Source of the DNA: the human T2T-CHM13v2.0 reference genome, Homo sapiens
Direction: 5' to 3' (one strand)
DNA: 64,000 nt
Assembly: GCF_009914755.1 (NCBI RefSeq)
Contig: NC_060937.1
Part shown: one piece after another, positions 49,881-63,931 of the stretch
How the letters are laid out: the number at the start of each line of letters is the position of its first letter
How positions within the stretch are numbered: the first letter of the stretch is position 1
Translations under genes and position numbers: made by a program
The notes under the pieces: generated by a model
Database searches by the model: none
What the model was told of the DNA's origin: nothing
What the model saw: the letters and a program-made list of their open reading frames with translations, nothing else

Positions 49881-49955
49881 AATTCATTGAGCACCTACTA
49901 TGTGCCAGGCAGTGTAATTCATTGAGCACCTGCTGTGTGCCAGGCAGTGTCTGAG
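49881..49955. mobile_element. L2 3'-end fragment duplicated in tandem (35 bp x2)
   Basis: attcattgagcacctactatgtgccaggc, an L2 tail signature, at 49882 and 49917. Confidence 0.65.
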
Positions 49956-51337
49956 GCACTTCTAGCTATTATTTCCTAAGGGTTCCAGCAGCCCATGGAT
50001 AAACTTCAAAGAGTGTAAGCTCCTAAAAATTGTTCGTATTTTCTGCACATTTTTGTAGTTTTGGAGAAGAGAGTTAATGGAGTTCTTGCCATTCTCAGAA
50101 TTATTTGATCCCTTTAGGAATGAGCATCTCTAGCCTCTGCCTGTTCATCTGGGACAATCTGCACCTGGGCGTGGACCTGCTGCTTCAGATCAGTAGGTAT
50201 CAGAATGAACTCAGTTGGATGGGGCAGTTCAGGACCCCTGGCCTCCTTTTAGTCTGGACCCCACTCTCATTCCTCATATTCTCAATTCACTCTTTCTACT
50301 GAGTTACTATCCTAGTAATGACAATGCCTCCTATCATCTAGAGACTTGGTTTGATACAATGCATTCACATACAACTGCTCGTTTTGATTTCTATAACTGG
50401 GGAATACAGAAAGCAAATATGCGGTGCAATGGAGGATGTCTCCATTACCCCAGATAACTCCAAAATTCTTCACCTAGTTACCAGTGCAGGAAATTCGTTC
50501 GAAGGCAGAAATGGAAAATGAATAAGAAACAATTTGGATGTGTTCCAAAAATGGAGAGTTGTCAGGCACTATATCATACAACCTGAAATATCAATGGTGA
50601 AGTAGACAGTTCACCTCCACAGGGGGCAGGAGGTTGGACCCAGGGCAATGGATGTTTTATATGGATGGTTAACCGGTCTGTGGCCATGAGGTGGAAAGCT
50701 GTGTACACCTGTGAAGCCATCATCACAATCAAGTTAGGGAACATATCCATCGCCCAAAAAAGTGTTCTCATGCCCTTTGGTAATTCCTCCCTCCTAAATG
50801 TCCCCACCCTACCCCACATCCCAGTTTCTATGCAAAAACCGCTGACCAACTTTCTATCACTATAGATTTGTTTGTATTTTCTAGACTTTTATATAAAAAG
50901 AATTATACTGTATGTACACTTTTTTGTCTGTTTTTTTCACTTAACATATTTATTTTCAGAATCATCTATCTTGTTGCAGGTGTATTCCTTTTTATTGCTC
51001 AGTAGTATTCCACTGTATGGATATAACACAATTTGTTTATCATTCACCTGTTGAGGGACATTATACTTGCTTCTAAATTTTTACTATCACAAATAAAGCT
51101 GCTGTAGGCATTCATGTGTGTGTCCATCGTGTGGACATTGTGTGCACACGTGCTTCCATTTCTCTTGGGGAAATATCTAGGAGCAGAGTGTCTGGATCCC
51201 ATAGTAGGTATTTGTTTAACTTTTTAAACTGTTTTTCAAAGTGGTTATACTGTTTTTCATTTTCACCATCAATGCATGAGGGTCCCAGTTGCTCCACATC
51301 CCCACCCATACTTTCTGTGGTCACTTTAAAAATTTTT

Positions 51338-52032
51338 AGCCGCCCCGTCCGGGAGGGAGGTGGGGGGGTCAGCCCCCCGCCCGGCCAGCCGCCCCGTCCG
51401 GGAGGTGAGGGGCACCTCTGCCCGGCCGCCCCTACTGGGAAGTGAGGAGGCCCTCTGCCCGACCACCACCCCGTCTGGGAGGTGTACCCAACAGCTCATT
51501 GAGAACGGGCCATGATGACAATGGCGGTTTTGGGGAATAGAAAGGGGGCAAAGGTGGGGAAAAGATTGAGAAATCGGATGGTTGCCGTGTCTGTGTAGAA
51601 AGAGGTAGACATGGGAGACTTTTCATTTTGTTCTGTACTAAGAAAAATTCTTCTGCCTTGGGATCCTGTTGATCTGTGACCTTACCCCCAACCCTGTGCT
51701 CTCTGAAACATGTGCTGTGTCCACTCAGGGTTAAATGGATTAAGGGCGGTGCAAGATGTGCTTTGTTAAACAGATGCTTGAAGGCAGCATGCTCGTTAAG
51801 AGTCATCACCACTCCCTAATCTCAAGTATCCAGGGACACAAACACTGCGGAAGGCCGCAGGGTCCTCTGCCTAGGAAAACCAGAGACCTTTGTTCACTTG
51901 TTTATCTGCTGACCTTCCCTCCACTATTGTCCTGTGACCCTGCCAAATCCCCCTCTGCGAGAAACACCCAAGAATGATCAATAAAAAAATAAAAATAAAA
52001 AAAGAAACCCTACACTCCACTGAAAAAAAAAA
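51338..52032 (+). mobile_element. 5'-truncated SVA (end of VNTR plus complete SINE-R, poly A); probably SVA_D-like
   Basis: SVA VNTR units gccgccccgtccgggagg; SINE-R ending gaaacacccaagaatgatcaataaa; AAAAATTTT flanks as TSD. Confidence 0.95.
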
Positions 52033-52200
52033 TTTTACTCACTCTAATATGTATATAATGGTATTTCATTGTAGTTTAAATTTGCATTTTTCAAATAACT
52101 AGTGATGTTGAACAAATTTTATTGTACTTATTGCCATCCAGATATCTTCTTTGGTGAAATGTCTGTTTCAGTTTTACTTTCTTTCTTTTCCTTTACTTGG

Positions 52201-52557
52201 TGATATGGTTTGGCTGTGTCCCCACCGAAATCTCATCTTGACTTCCCACATGTTATGGGAAGGACCTGGTGAGAGGTAATTGAATCATGGGGGCAAGTCT
52301 TTCCCATGCTGTTGTCATGATAGTGAATAAGTCTTACAAGATCTGATGGTTTTAAAAAGAGGAATTCCCCTGCACAAGCTCTCTGTCTTTGCTTTCTGCC
52401 ATCTGTGTAAGACGTGACTTGCTCCTCCTTACCTTCTGCCATGATTGTGAGGCTTCCCCAGCCACGTGGAACTGTGAGTCCAGTTAAACCTCTTTCCTTT
52501 GTAAACTGCCCAGTCTCAGGTATGTCTTTATCGGCAGCGTGAAAATTGACTAATACA
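52201..52557 (+). mobile_element. THE1 (MaLR) solo LTR, THE1C-like
   Basis: TGATATGGTTTGGCTGTGTCCCCACC...GACTAATACA termini; 5-bp TSD CTTGG on both sides. Confidence 0.95.
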
Positions 52558-52710
52558 CTTGGGATGTTTGGTTTTCCAATTGTTGAGCTGTTTGTTGAGT
52601 TTTAAGAGTTCTATAACTATTCTAGAAGCAAGTCCATTATCAGATGTGTGGTTTGCAAATATTTATTTCCAGTCTGCGGCTTGTCTTTTCATTCTATTAA
52701 ATGTGTCTTT

Positions 52711-52840
52711 AGCCAGGCATGGTAGTGGGTGCCTGTAGCTTCAGCTACTTGAGAGGCTGAGGCAGGAGGATTTCTTGAGCCCAGGAGTTTAAGCCTGGTC
52801 TGCACAATAGAGCAAGACTCTGTCTCCAAGATAAAAAGAA
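52711..52840 (+). mobile_element. Free Alu monomer (FLAM-like)
   Basis: Single monomer; TSD ATTAAA(T)GTGTCTTT. Confidence 0.8.
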
Positions 52841-53635
52841 ATTAAAGTGTCTTTCAAAGATCAGAATTCTTAATTTTGAAGTGCAGCTTATTTTCTTTAA
52901 TGGATTCTGCTTTTGGTGTCACATTTGCCTAACTCAAGGTCACAAAGATTTTATTACAGAAGTTCTGTAGATTTCAGTTTTACATTTAAGATGGTGATCC
53001 ATTTTGAATGAGTTTTTATAAATGCTGAAGTATGAAACAAAGTGTGTATCTGTACGTATGTGCCTAGGGAAATGCAATCATCCCAGCACTGTTAAAAAGA
53101 CTATTCTTTCTCCACTGACTTGCCTTTGCACCTTTGTCAATAACCAATTGATAATATATGTGCAAATCTATTTGTAGACTCTGTTCTGTCCCATTTATTT
53201 GTTTGTCTCTTTTTAAAGTTAATACCACACTGTCTTGACTATAGTAGATTCATAACAAGAATTGAAGTCAGGTAATGTAAATACTCAGGTAGTGTAAATA
53301 CTCAAACGTTCTTCTTTCTCAAAGTGTGCAGTTGTTTGGTTATTCTGTTTTCTTTGCATCTACATATGAATATTAGAATCAGCTGGTCATTCTTTACAAA
53401 AAGCCTGCCAAGATTTTAATTGAGATTGCATTAAATCTATAGGTCAATTTTTAGGCAATGAACAGTTTGACAGTATTGAGGCTTCTGATATGTGAACGCG
53501 GTATATCTTTCATTTATTTAAGTCTTCTTAAATTATCTCCACAGTCTTTCATAGTATTCAATGTACAGGCCTGATATATATGTTATTAGATTTGTTTCTA
53601 AATATTTCACTTTCTTTGTCCTATTGTAAATGGCA

Positions 53636-53926
53636 TTATTTATTTATTTATTTATTGAGACAAGATCTCACTCTGTCACTGAGGCTGCAGTGCAGTGACG
53701 CAATCTCAGCCCACTGCAACCTCTGCCCCCCAGACTCAAGTGATCCTGCCACGTAGCTGGGACTACAGGCATGCGCCACCATGCCTGGCTAATTTTTTGT
53801 ATTTTTTGTAGAGATGGGCTTTTGCCGTGTTGTTCAGGCTGGTCTTGAATTCCTGGCCTCAAGCAACCCACCCCCCTTAGCTTCCCAAACTGCTGGGATG
53901 ACAAGTGTGAGCCACTACATCTGGCC
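53636..53926 (-). mobile_element. AluJ
   Basis: Diverged Alu with (TTTA)n tail; TGGCATT flanks. Confidence 0.9.
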
Positions 53927-54820
53927 TTTGGCATTGTTTTTCATTTCAATCTCTAATTGTTTAAACATTTGATTTTTGTGTATTTATCTTGTATCACACA
54001 ACTTTGCTTAATTCAATTATTCTGATTTTTTTGTAGCTTCAGTAGAATTTTTCTTACATAGATAATCATGCTGTTTGTAAATATAGACACTTTTACTTCC
54101 TCCTTTCAAATCTGGGTGCTATTTAATTCTTTTCTGTCTGATTGCACTGCCTAATAACCTCCCATGCAATGTTGACTAGAAATGGAGACAGTGTGTACCC
54201 TTGTGTTGTTCCTGATCCTATGTGAAAATAATCCAGTCTTTCACCATTAAATATAATGTTAGCTGTAGGCTTTTCATAGATTCTCTTTATCAGGTTGAGG
54301 AAGTTCTCTTCTATTTCTAGCTTCCTGCAAATTATGTTTTAAAAATTAGGAATGTGTATTAAATATTATCAAAGTTTTCTTCTGCATCTATTCTATTGAG
54401 ATGATCATATGGGTTTTTTTATTCATTAATATGTGAATTATCTTGATTGATTTTTGAATGTTAAATCAATCTTGTGTCCCTGAAATAATCCTAACCCCAC
54501 TTGGTCATGATATATCATAGTTTTAAATTATTGATGAATTCAATTTGCAAAAACATGTTAAGAATATTTACATTGATGTTTATGAGGGTACTGATCTGTT
54601 GTTTTCTTTCTTTGTCTGGTTTGATATCTAAGAAATGTTGGCCTCATAGAATTGTTAAGTGTTTCTTCCGCTTTAATTTTATGGAAGTGTTTGTGTAGAA
54701 TTGGTCTTATTTCTTCCTTAGATGATTGGCAAAAATCACAATGATGCCATCAGGACCTATAGTTTTCTTTGTGGGGAGGTTTTTACCTATAAATGTAATT
54801 TCTTTAATATATATTCTTTA

Positions 54821-55138
<318 letters not shown>

Positions 55139-55154
55139 TTATTGGCTTTGGTAG

Positions 55155-55538
<384 letters not shown>

Positions 55539-58117
55539 CCTCAATACTCTTTGAATCTCTGTAGATCTGTATTAATGACACCTCTCTTGATAGTGACAAT
55601 TTGTCTTTTTATTTAATTTTTTGTCATGGTCATTCTGGCTGGAGATTCAACAAGTTTATTGATCTCAAATAACTAGCTTTTGGGTTTATCGATTTTTCTC
55701 TATTTTCTGTATTATTTGTCATTTTTTATTTTCTCATTATACAATTTTTATAATGTTCTTTCTTCTGCCCACAGAAGAAAAATGAAATAAAAATGAAATA
55801 AAGTGTGTTTCATTTGCTCTTCTTTATTCAGTTTCTTAAGTAGAAAGCTGAGGTCATTTATTCGAGATCTTCCTTCTTTTCTAATGTAGATGTTTATGCT
55901 AGAAATTTTCCTTAAAGCCGTGCTTTAGCTGTATCCTACACATTTTAAATCCCACACTTAAGTGAGTCATTTCCATTCAGTTCAGAATACTTTATAATTT
56001 TCCTTTTGATATCTTCATTGACCCATGGATTATTTAGAACTGTGTTATTTAGTTTCCAACAATTTGGGAAGTTTCTAGATATCTTTGTGGTTATCAATGT
56101 ATAATTTGGCTTTATTGTAGAAAGAGAACATACTGTATATGACTTGAATTCTTTTTAATTTATTGAAACTTGTTTTGTGGCCAGAAGATGGTACATCTTG
56201 GTAAACGTCCTGTGTGTTCTAAAAAAGAATGTTTATTCAGCTCCTATTGGATGGAATGCTCTATAAATGTCAACCAGGTCAAGCTGGATGATAGTCTTGT
56301 TCAAGTCTACCATATCCTTGCTCATTTTCTGCCTTCTTATTCTATCAGTTATTAAGAATGGAGTGCTGAACTCTCCAACTAGAATTTGGATTTGTCTATT
56401 TCTCCTTACAATTCAAGTTTTGCTTCATGTATTTTGAAACTTTTTTACTTGGTGCATAAATATTTAAATTACGTACTCCTGAGTAATTGATCCCTTTATC
56501 ATAATGAGATATAATATTCTTTGCTCTGAAATCTATTTGTCTGATTGTTAAAATAACCATGCCAGCTTTCTTTTGATTAGTGTTTGCATTATATATATAT
56601 ATATATAATTTTTAAAATTCTTTTTCCTTTATTCTATTTTTGTCTTAATGTTTAAGGTAGGTTTCCTGTAGGCAGCATGTAACTGAGTCTTCCTTTTTTA
56701 AATCCAATCTGATATTTACCTTTTAATTGGGTTATTAGATCATTTTCATTCAATATACTTATTAAAATGATTTGGTCTAAACCTACTACCTTGTTATTTG
56801 TTTTCTATTACTCCCATTTGTTGTTTCCTTTCCTTTATTTTATTTTATTTTTTGCCTTCTTTTGGATTAACCAAATTTTTTATGATAGAATTTTCTCCCT
56901 TGTTGGCTTATTAACTGCAATTGTTTGTTGTGTTATTTTGGTGTTGCTGTGTGATTTTTATTATACAGCTTTAACTTATTAGAGTCACCTGTTCACTTGC
57001 AGCAGTCTGCTTCTATTTCTCTCCTCTCTTTATGTTGTTGTTTTCTTGCATTTTACTTCTATATGTGTCATAAACCTTGCAATACAGAGTACTATTGTTT
57101 GCTTTAAACAATGCTTTTAAAATATTTAAATGATGAGAAAAAAATATTTACTCATATCTTTATCATTTCCAGCACTGCTATTTCTTTGAGTAGATGCAGA
57201 CTCAATCTGGTATCTTTTTTTTTTTTTTTTGTCTGCCTCAGTAAAAACCTTTAAAATGTTCTTGAGCGTATGTATGTTGGTGACACATTCTTTCAGTTTT
57301 TGTATGTCTTTAAAAGTCATTTTTTTGAAGGATCTTTTTTACTGCAAATAGAATTCTAGATGGACAGTTTCCCCTGTGCCTTTTAATTTCAAAGACATTG
57401 CCCTCCCGTATTTTAGCATATATTGTCTCCAACAGGAAATCGGCAATCATTCTTTTCTTTGTTCATCTGTACATAATGTCTTTTTCCTCTGGCTGCTTTT
57501 AAGATTTTCTCTTTATCACTAATTTCAAGAAACTTTATCACATTGTACCCTGTAGTTTCTCTCAGGTTTCTTGTGCTTGGGGTTCATTGAGATTCTTGGA
57601 TTTGTGGGTTTCTAATTTTTATATTTGGAAAATTTTGGGGTATTATTTCCTCAAATATTGTTTTCTGTCCCCAAGATGCTCTCCTTATTTAGGGAACTCC
57701 AGGTATACATACAGATGGCTGCTTGGAGTTTTCCCAGAGCTCACTAAGGCTATTCTGTTTTCATTGTTTAGTCTTTCCCCCTCTGCGTGGGTTTGATTTC
57801 AGTTAGCTTCTATTACTATGCCTTCAAGTTCCCTATTCTTTTGCAATGTCATATCTGCTGTTAATTCTATCCAGTATATCCTTCATCTCAGACAATTTAT
57901 TTTTTATCTCTAAAGTCTTGCTTTTAGGCATTGTTAGGGCAAAACCAGAGCCGCAGGGAGTCAGGGCAAAAGCTGCCACTCCAGGCAAAGCCTTTGTGAG
58001 CGCTCACCCTAATGTCCTGTGGATAATGAGATTTTCCACGCTGAGGGATGGAAACGGGAACTATTCCGGACCTGTGAGAGCTGCGGGATTGGTCCCTCTA
58101 CTCCTTTCAGGTGGTTC

Positions 58118-58408
<291 letters not shown>

Positions 58409-58689
58409 CAGATGGTTCTTTCTCTGGCCTTGGGTCGTTTCTTCTCAAGGGTGTGGTGATTTAGCTGGAAACTAGAGAGGATCTTCTGCAAATCTCCAAA
58501 GTCCTTTTTCCATGAGCCTCTCTCTTCTCTCATGCCCCTCCCCGTGCCCTGCTGCCTCAGCCTCCTGGTCACCTGGCTCTGCCCCCACTCGAGGGGTCAT
58601 CGGGCTCTGCCTGGCTTCTCCTCTGAGTGATGTCAGAGCTCTCTCCAGGCCATGAGCGGGCAGTCATTGGCTCACCTCCAGGCATCTGA

Positions 58690-59020
58690 CGGATCCTCCG
58701 GGTGTGTGATGGGCCTTGCAGGTGTGTGAGGGGCCCTCCAGTTGTGTGACGGGCCCTGCAGGTGTGTGATGGGCCCTGCAGGTGTGTGACGGGCCCTCCA
58801 GGTATGTGACAGGCCCTCCAGGTGAGTGGTGGGCCCTCCAGGTGTGTGACGGGCCCTGCAGGTGTGAGGGGCCCTCCAGGTGTGTGAGGGGCCCTCCAGG
58901 TGTGTGATGGGCCTTGCAGGTGTGTGAGGGGCCCTCCAGGTGAGTGGTGGGCCCTCCAGGTGTGTGACGGGCCCTGCAGGTGTGAGGGGCCCTCCAGGTG
59001 TATGATAAGCCCTCCAGGTG
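58690..59020. repeat. About 20-bp VNTR (ggtgtgtgacgggccctcca)
   Basis: Direct inspection. Confidence 0.9.
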
Positions 59021-60310
59021 GACGGAGTGCATTGGCCTGGAGGTTCCCTGTTTCCCATCACACAGCTCCTCACCGCTCACGGCCTTGCCTGTCGAGAGCA
59101 AGGAGGTCGAGAGTGTGTGTGTTGATGGTGATGGGTGGGAGGGGGTCGGGGTGAGGGTCTGTCTGGTAGTTTTCGGTAAAGGAGTTCTTTCCTGGGGCAG
59201 CACCCACACCGGGCCGTGTGGGAACCTGAGGCCCCGCTTTACCCAGGAAGCCTAGCAGAGAGAGTTTCCTGGGAAGGGGAGGTAAGTGGGGCATTTATCT
59301 CACTCCCCATTTTAGACAAGAATGGAGCAGCGCAGGCCACGGAGATGAGGCATGGGCTCTGGACTGTGGCGTCAGCCGCCTGGGTGGGAATTCCAGCTCC
59401 ACTTGCCACCCTCACAGCGGGGCTGGGCCCAAGCAGGTGTCGTCTGAGACCAGCAACAGCTGCCTGATCCCCAAGGGAGAGACAGCCCCGTCCCAGGAGG
59501 CAGCCCGGGGTTGCCAAGCTCAGGGGGAGGCAAAGGCCACACTGGGCCCAGCTAGCATCACCTGTGGGTAGCTGAGCGAGGGTAACAGAGCCGCCTGCCC
59601 CGAGGGGCACCACGATGCGGGATTTCCACGTCTATTTGAGCAACATAATTAGCCGCTTCATCACATTTTCTACTTCTCTGTGTCTGTAACATGGTCTGAG
59701 CTCACTCTCCAGAGAAGCACGGTCCCTCCTGTCTGACCCGGTCATGGGATTGGGGGTTGTCACCCAGAACAGCAAATGTGCATCACGCTGCAGGACCTGC
59801 TGGTTGGTCGGAAGCAACTGGAAGGTCTGGCAAAATTCTGGTCCAGTGAGGCCTCCCTTTCACAGAGATGGGAGGTGGCCATGTGGCTGGCCCTGCTGCC
59901 GCTGCCAGGGCTGCATCAGGGGCACCCGAGCAAGGCTCCTCCAGTAGGACACCGGGAGCCAGGGCCACAGCAACACCCAAGCAACCGTGTGCCCTCTCCT
60001 TGGGGTGGGAAACCAGCCAGCTCCACCTGAAATCTAGAGTGCCCAGAGCCTTGAGGCACTTGGTTCCTGACACCTAGAAGTTCAGCTCTTGGGACGTCGG
60101 AAGTGAGGTGTTGCTTTCAAGGACAGGAAGCCCGTACACTGGCCAGGAGCAGGAAGACGCAGCAAAGCTCAGCCCCAGATGGCTTGGCTGGATCTTTCCG
60201 TGAAGCTGCTGAGGAAACAGTACTGTCATGCCTCTGCAGCTTCTGATGATGCCCTGAGGCCAGTCCTCAGCCTGGGGCCTGGGAGTGACTTCAGGGCTGC
60301 AGAAGAAAAG

Positions 60311-62300
60311 GGGTGTGGGTGTCACTGTGGTGTGGGTGTCACTGAAGTGTGGGTATCACTGAGGTGTGGGTGTTGCTGCAGCATGGATGTCCCTGTGGTT
60401 TGGGTGTCCTTGTGGTGTGGGTGTCCCTGTGGTGTGGGTGTCGCTGCTGCATGGGTGTCACTGAGGCGTGGGTGTCACTGAGGCGTGGGTGTCCCTGTGG
60501 TGTGGGTGTCGCCGTGGTGTGGGTGTCGCTGCTGCGTGGGTGTCGCTGTGGTGTGGGTGTCCCTGTGGTGTGGGTGTCGCTGCTGCGTGGGTGTCGCTGA
60601 GGTGTGGGTGTCCCTGTGGTGGGGGTGTCACTGAGGTGTGGGTGTCGCTGAGGTGTGGGTGTCACTGTGGTGTGGGTGTCGCCGTGGTGTGGGTGTCGCT
60701 GCTGCGTGGGTGTCGCTGAGGTGTGGGTATCGCTGAGGTGTGGGTGTCGCTGAGGTGTGGGTGTCACTGTGGTGTGGGTGTCGCTGAGGTGTGGGTGTCG
60801 CCGAGGTGTGGGTGTCGCTGCTGTGTGGGTGTCGCTGCTGCGTGGGTGTCCCTGTGGTGTGGGTGTCGCTGCTGCGTGGGTGTCGCTGAGGTGTGGGTGT
60901 CCCTGTGGTGGGGGTGTCACTGAGGTGTGGGTGTCGCTGAGGTGTGGGTGTCACTGTGGTGTGGGTGTCGCCGTGGTGTGGGTGTCGCTGCTGCGTGGGT
61001 GTCGCTGAGGTGTGGGTGTCGCTGAGGTGTGGGTGTCGCTGTGGTGTGGGTGTCCCTGTGGTGTGGGTGTCGCTGTGGTGTGGGTGTCGCTGTGGTGTGG
61101 GTGTCGCTGTGGTGTGGGTGTCGCTGTGGTGTGGGTGTCGCTGAGGTGTGGGTGTCGCTGAGGTGTGGGTGTCGCTGTGGTGTGGGTGTCGCTGTGGTGT
61201 GGGTGTCCCTGTGGTGTGGGTGTCGCTGTGGTGTGGGTGTCGCTGTGGTGTGGGTGTCGCCGTGGTGTGGGTGTCGCTGCTGCGTGGGTGTCGCTGAGGT
61301 GTGGGTGTCCCTGTGGTGGGGGTGTCGCTGAGGTGTGGGTGTCGCTGAGGTGTGGGTGTCGCTGTGGTGTGGGTGTCGCCGTGGTGTGGGTGTCGCTGCT
61401 GCGTGGGTGTCGCTGAGGTGTGGGTGTCGCTGAGGTGTGGGTGTCACTGTGGTGTGGGTGTCCCTGTGGTGTGGGTGTCGCTGTGGTGTGGGTGTCGCTG
61501 TGGTGTGGGTGTCGCTGTGGTGTGGGTGTCGCTGTGGTGTGGGTGTCGCTGAGGTGTGGGTGTCGCTGAGGTGTGGGTGTCGCCGTGGTGTGGGTGTCGC
61601 CGTGGTGTGGGTGTCGCCGTGGTGTGGGTGTCGCTGCTGCGTGGGTGTCGCTGAGGTGTGGGTGTCCCTGTGGTGGGGGTGTCGCTGAGGTGTGGGTGTC
61701 GCTGAGGTGTGGGTGTCACTGTGGTGTGGGTGTCGCCGTGGTGTGGGTGTCGCTGCTGCGTGGGTGTCGCTGAGGTGTGGGTGTCGCTGAGGTGTGGGTG
61801 TCGCTGTGGTGTGGGTGTCCCTGTGGTGTGGGTGTCGCTGTGGTGTGGGTGTCCCTGTGGTGTGGGTGTCGCTGAGGTGTGGGTGTCACTGTGGTGTGGG
61901 TGTCGCCGTGGTGTGGGTGTCGCTGCTGCGTGGGTGTCGCTGAGGTGTGGGTGTCGCTGAGGTGTGGGTGTCGCTGAGGTGTGGGTGTCGCTGTGGTGTG
62001 GGTGTCGCTGAGGTGTGGGTGTCGCTGAGGTGTGGGTGTCGCTGCTGCGTGGGTGTCGCTGAGGTGTGGGTGTCGCTGCTGCGTGGGTGTCGCTGTGGTG
62101 TGGGTGTCGCTGTGGTGTGGGTGTCCCTGTGGTGTGGGTGTCACTGTGGTGTGGGTGTCACTGCTGCATGGGTGTCACTACCATGTGGGTGTTGCTGCTG
62201 TGTGGGTGTCACTGCAGCGTGGGTATCACTGAGATGTGGGTGTCGTTGCCACATCGGTGTCGCTGCAGTGTCAGTGTCACTGCCGTGTGGGTGTCACTAG
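60311..62300. repeat. About 2 kb 17-bp VNTR (ggtgtgggtgtcgctgt/ga), over 100 copies
   Basis: Direct inspection. Confidence 0.95.
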
Positions 62301-63678
62301 GTGTCATGTAGGTGCCATTGTGGTGTGGGCAGGACGTTTCCCTTCACTCTCAGAGGGACGGACCCGTACCCTGAAGTCCAGATTCACATCCTGTCATGGG
62401 GACAGCCTTAATTGTCACAGTCATGCCTCATGACCTTAACTTTGTGACTCCAAGCCTTCCAGACTGGGCAAAACCAGTCAAACAAACAGACACCATGACA
62501 TGTGTGGCATTCGACACAAAAGCATTGGGCTGATCTGAGGTGGGAGTTTTGCTGGACCAGGGACTCATCAAGAATGTGCCTCCTTCAGTCTGGACATGGC
62601 CTCTCTCCTGCTTTGAAACCCTTCAGGGTTTCATTTATTTTTAGTTTTTATTTTTTAATGCTCAGGGAAGTCAGTGAAGTCAGGTGGAGATGGAGGAGGT
62701 GTTCTGTGTTTCACACTCAGGCATCGGCCTTGTGTGGGTAGCGTGTGGGTGGGGACTCTGAGGGTTTCGAGCCCTGAGGTGTCCTGTTTTGGGCTGGATG
62801 GGGAACTGCTCAGCTCCTTCCACTGCATCAGGCCCCGGAAAGTGCTCTGCAAGGAGGAAGGGGCTCAGGAGGGCTGCCCGCCTCACCGTCCTCCTCCCAG
62901 GAGCCTGTGGTGAACGGGCATGAGCTCATCAGACAAGACCCAGAGCGGAGGACAGAGGGGCCGTACCAGGACCACCTGGTGGAGGGATGCCCAGCCTCGA
63001 GGAGCACCTGAACCTGGAGTCTGTGTGGGGATCAAGACGGCCCACATGGGGGAGGCACAGAATCTCCTAGGAGTCCTGGTTTCCAGGATAACGGCTGCTT
63101 TCCCAGAGCCTGAGGGATATTGTGTCCTTCTGTTCTCTAGGGAAGGGCCCTTCCTGGAGGTGAGCTATAAGCAAAGTCATTTCAAGGGGGTTGCTTGGGG
63201 AGCTTTGATGTGGGGCCCCAAATGCACGTGGGTCCTAGCAATACCATTGTGAGGTAGAGGGGCCACTGCGCCTTTCCAGTGCCTGGCTCTGGCCTTAGTC
63301 AATGCCCCCGCTCTCGTGTGGAGGGGTGGCCGTGGCATGACCCCCGTACATAAGGAAAGACACAGGCTCCTCAAGCAATGAGCGGCGGTATCGGGGTTGA
63401 CCTGCTAACATCATTGCCTCTGGCTGAGGAGGGGAAACCCACTTTGTACTTTATGCTTTTGTTTCTGCACCCATTGATTTTTAAGCAAAAGCATGTATTA
63501 CTATCCTAACCAACATAATTGAAAATTTCCAGAGAGCCCCTTCTGAGGGGGAGACTTTCATGGAAACTCAGAGAGGCTTCCATTAGTGACGGGAGAAACA
63601 GGCCTGGCCCTCCACACGGACACGCATCCGTCACAGCCAAGGATGAAGGCCTGTGTGCTGTGTGGTTGTCTTAGGCTG

Positions 63679-63931
63679 TTTTTATGAGACGGAGTCTTGC
63701 TCCGTCGCCCAGGCTGGAGTGCAGTGGCGTGATCTTGGCTCACTGCAAGCTCCACCTCCCAGGTTTCACGCCATTCTCCTGCCTCAGCCTCCCGAGAAGC
63801 TGGGACTACAGGCGCCCACCACCACGCCCGGCTAATTTTTTGTATTTTTTTAGTAGAGACGGGGTTTCACTGTGTTAGCCAGGATGGTCTCGATGTCCTG
63901 ACCTCGTGATCCGCCCACCTCGTCCTCCCAA
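63679..63931 (-). mobile_element. AluY lacking its first ~35 nt and almost all of its tail
   Basis: AluY diagnostics; sequence stops at ...cctcccaa. Confidence 0.88.

Noticed and set aside
51432-51977. ORFs resembling 'hypothetical proteins'
   Set aside because: They are SVA SINE-R sequence; the Alu-derived ORFs elsewhere are rejected for the same reason
52453-52465. PRDM9 hotspot 13-mer in the THE1 LTR
   Set aside because: Reads CTTCCCCAGCCAC, two mismatches from the active CCTCCCTAGCCAC form
60311-62300. Interstitial telomere, or mucin-like Thr/Pro/His ORFs
   Set aside because: No TTAGGG; the resemblance to yeast TG1-3 is superficial; the ORFs are repeat translations
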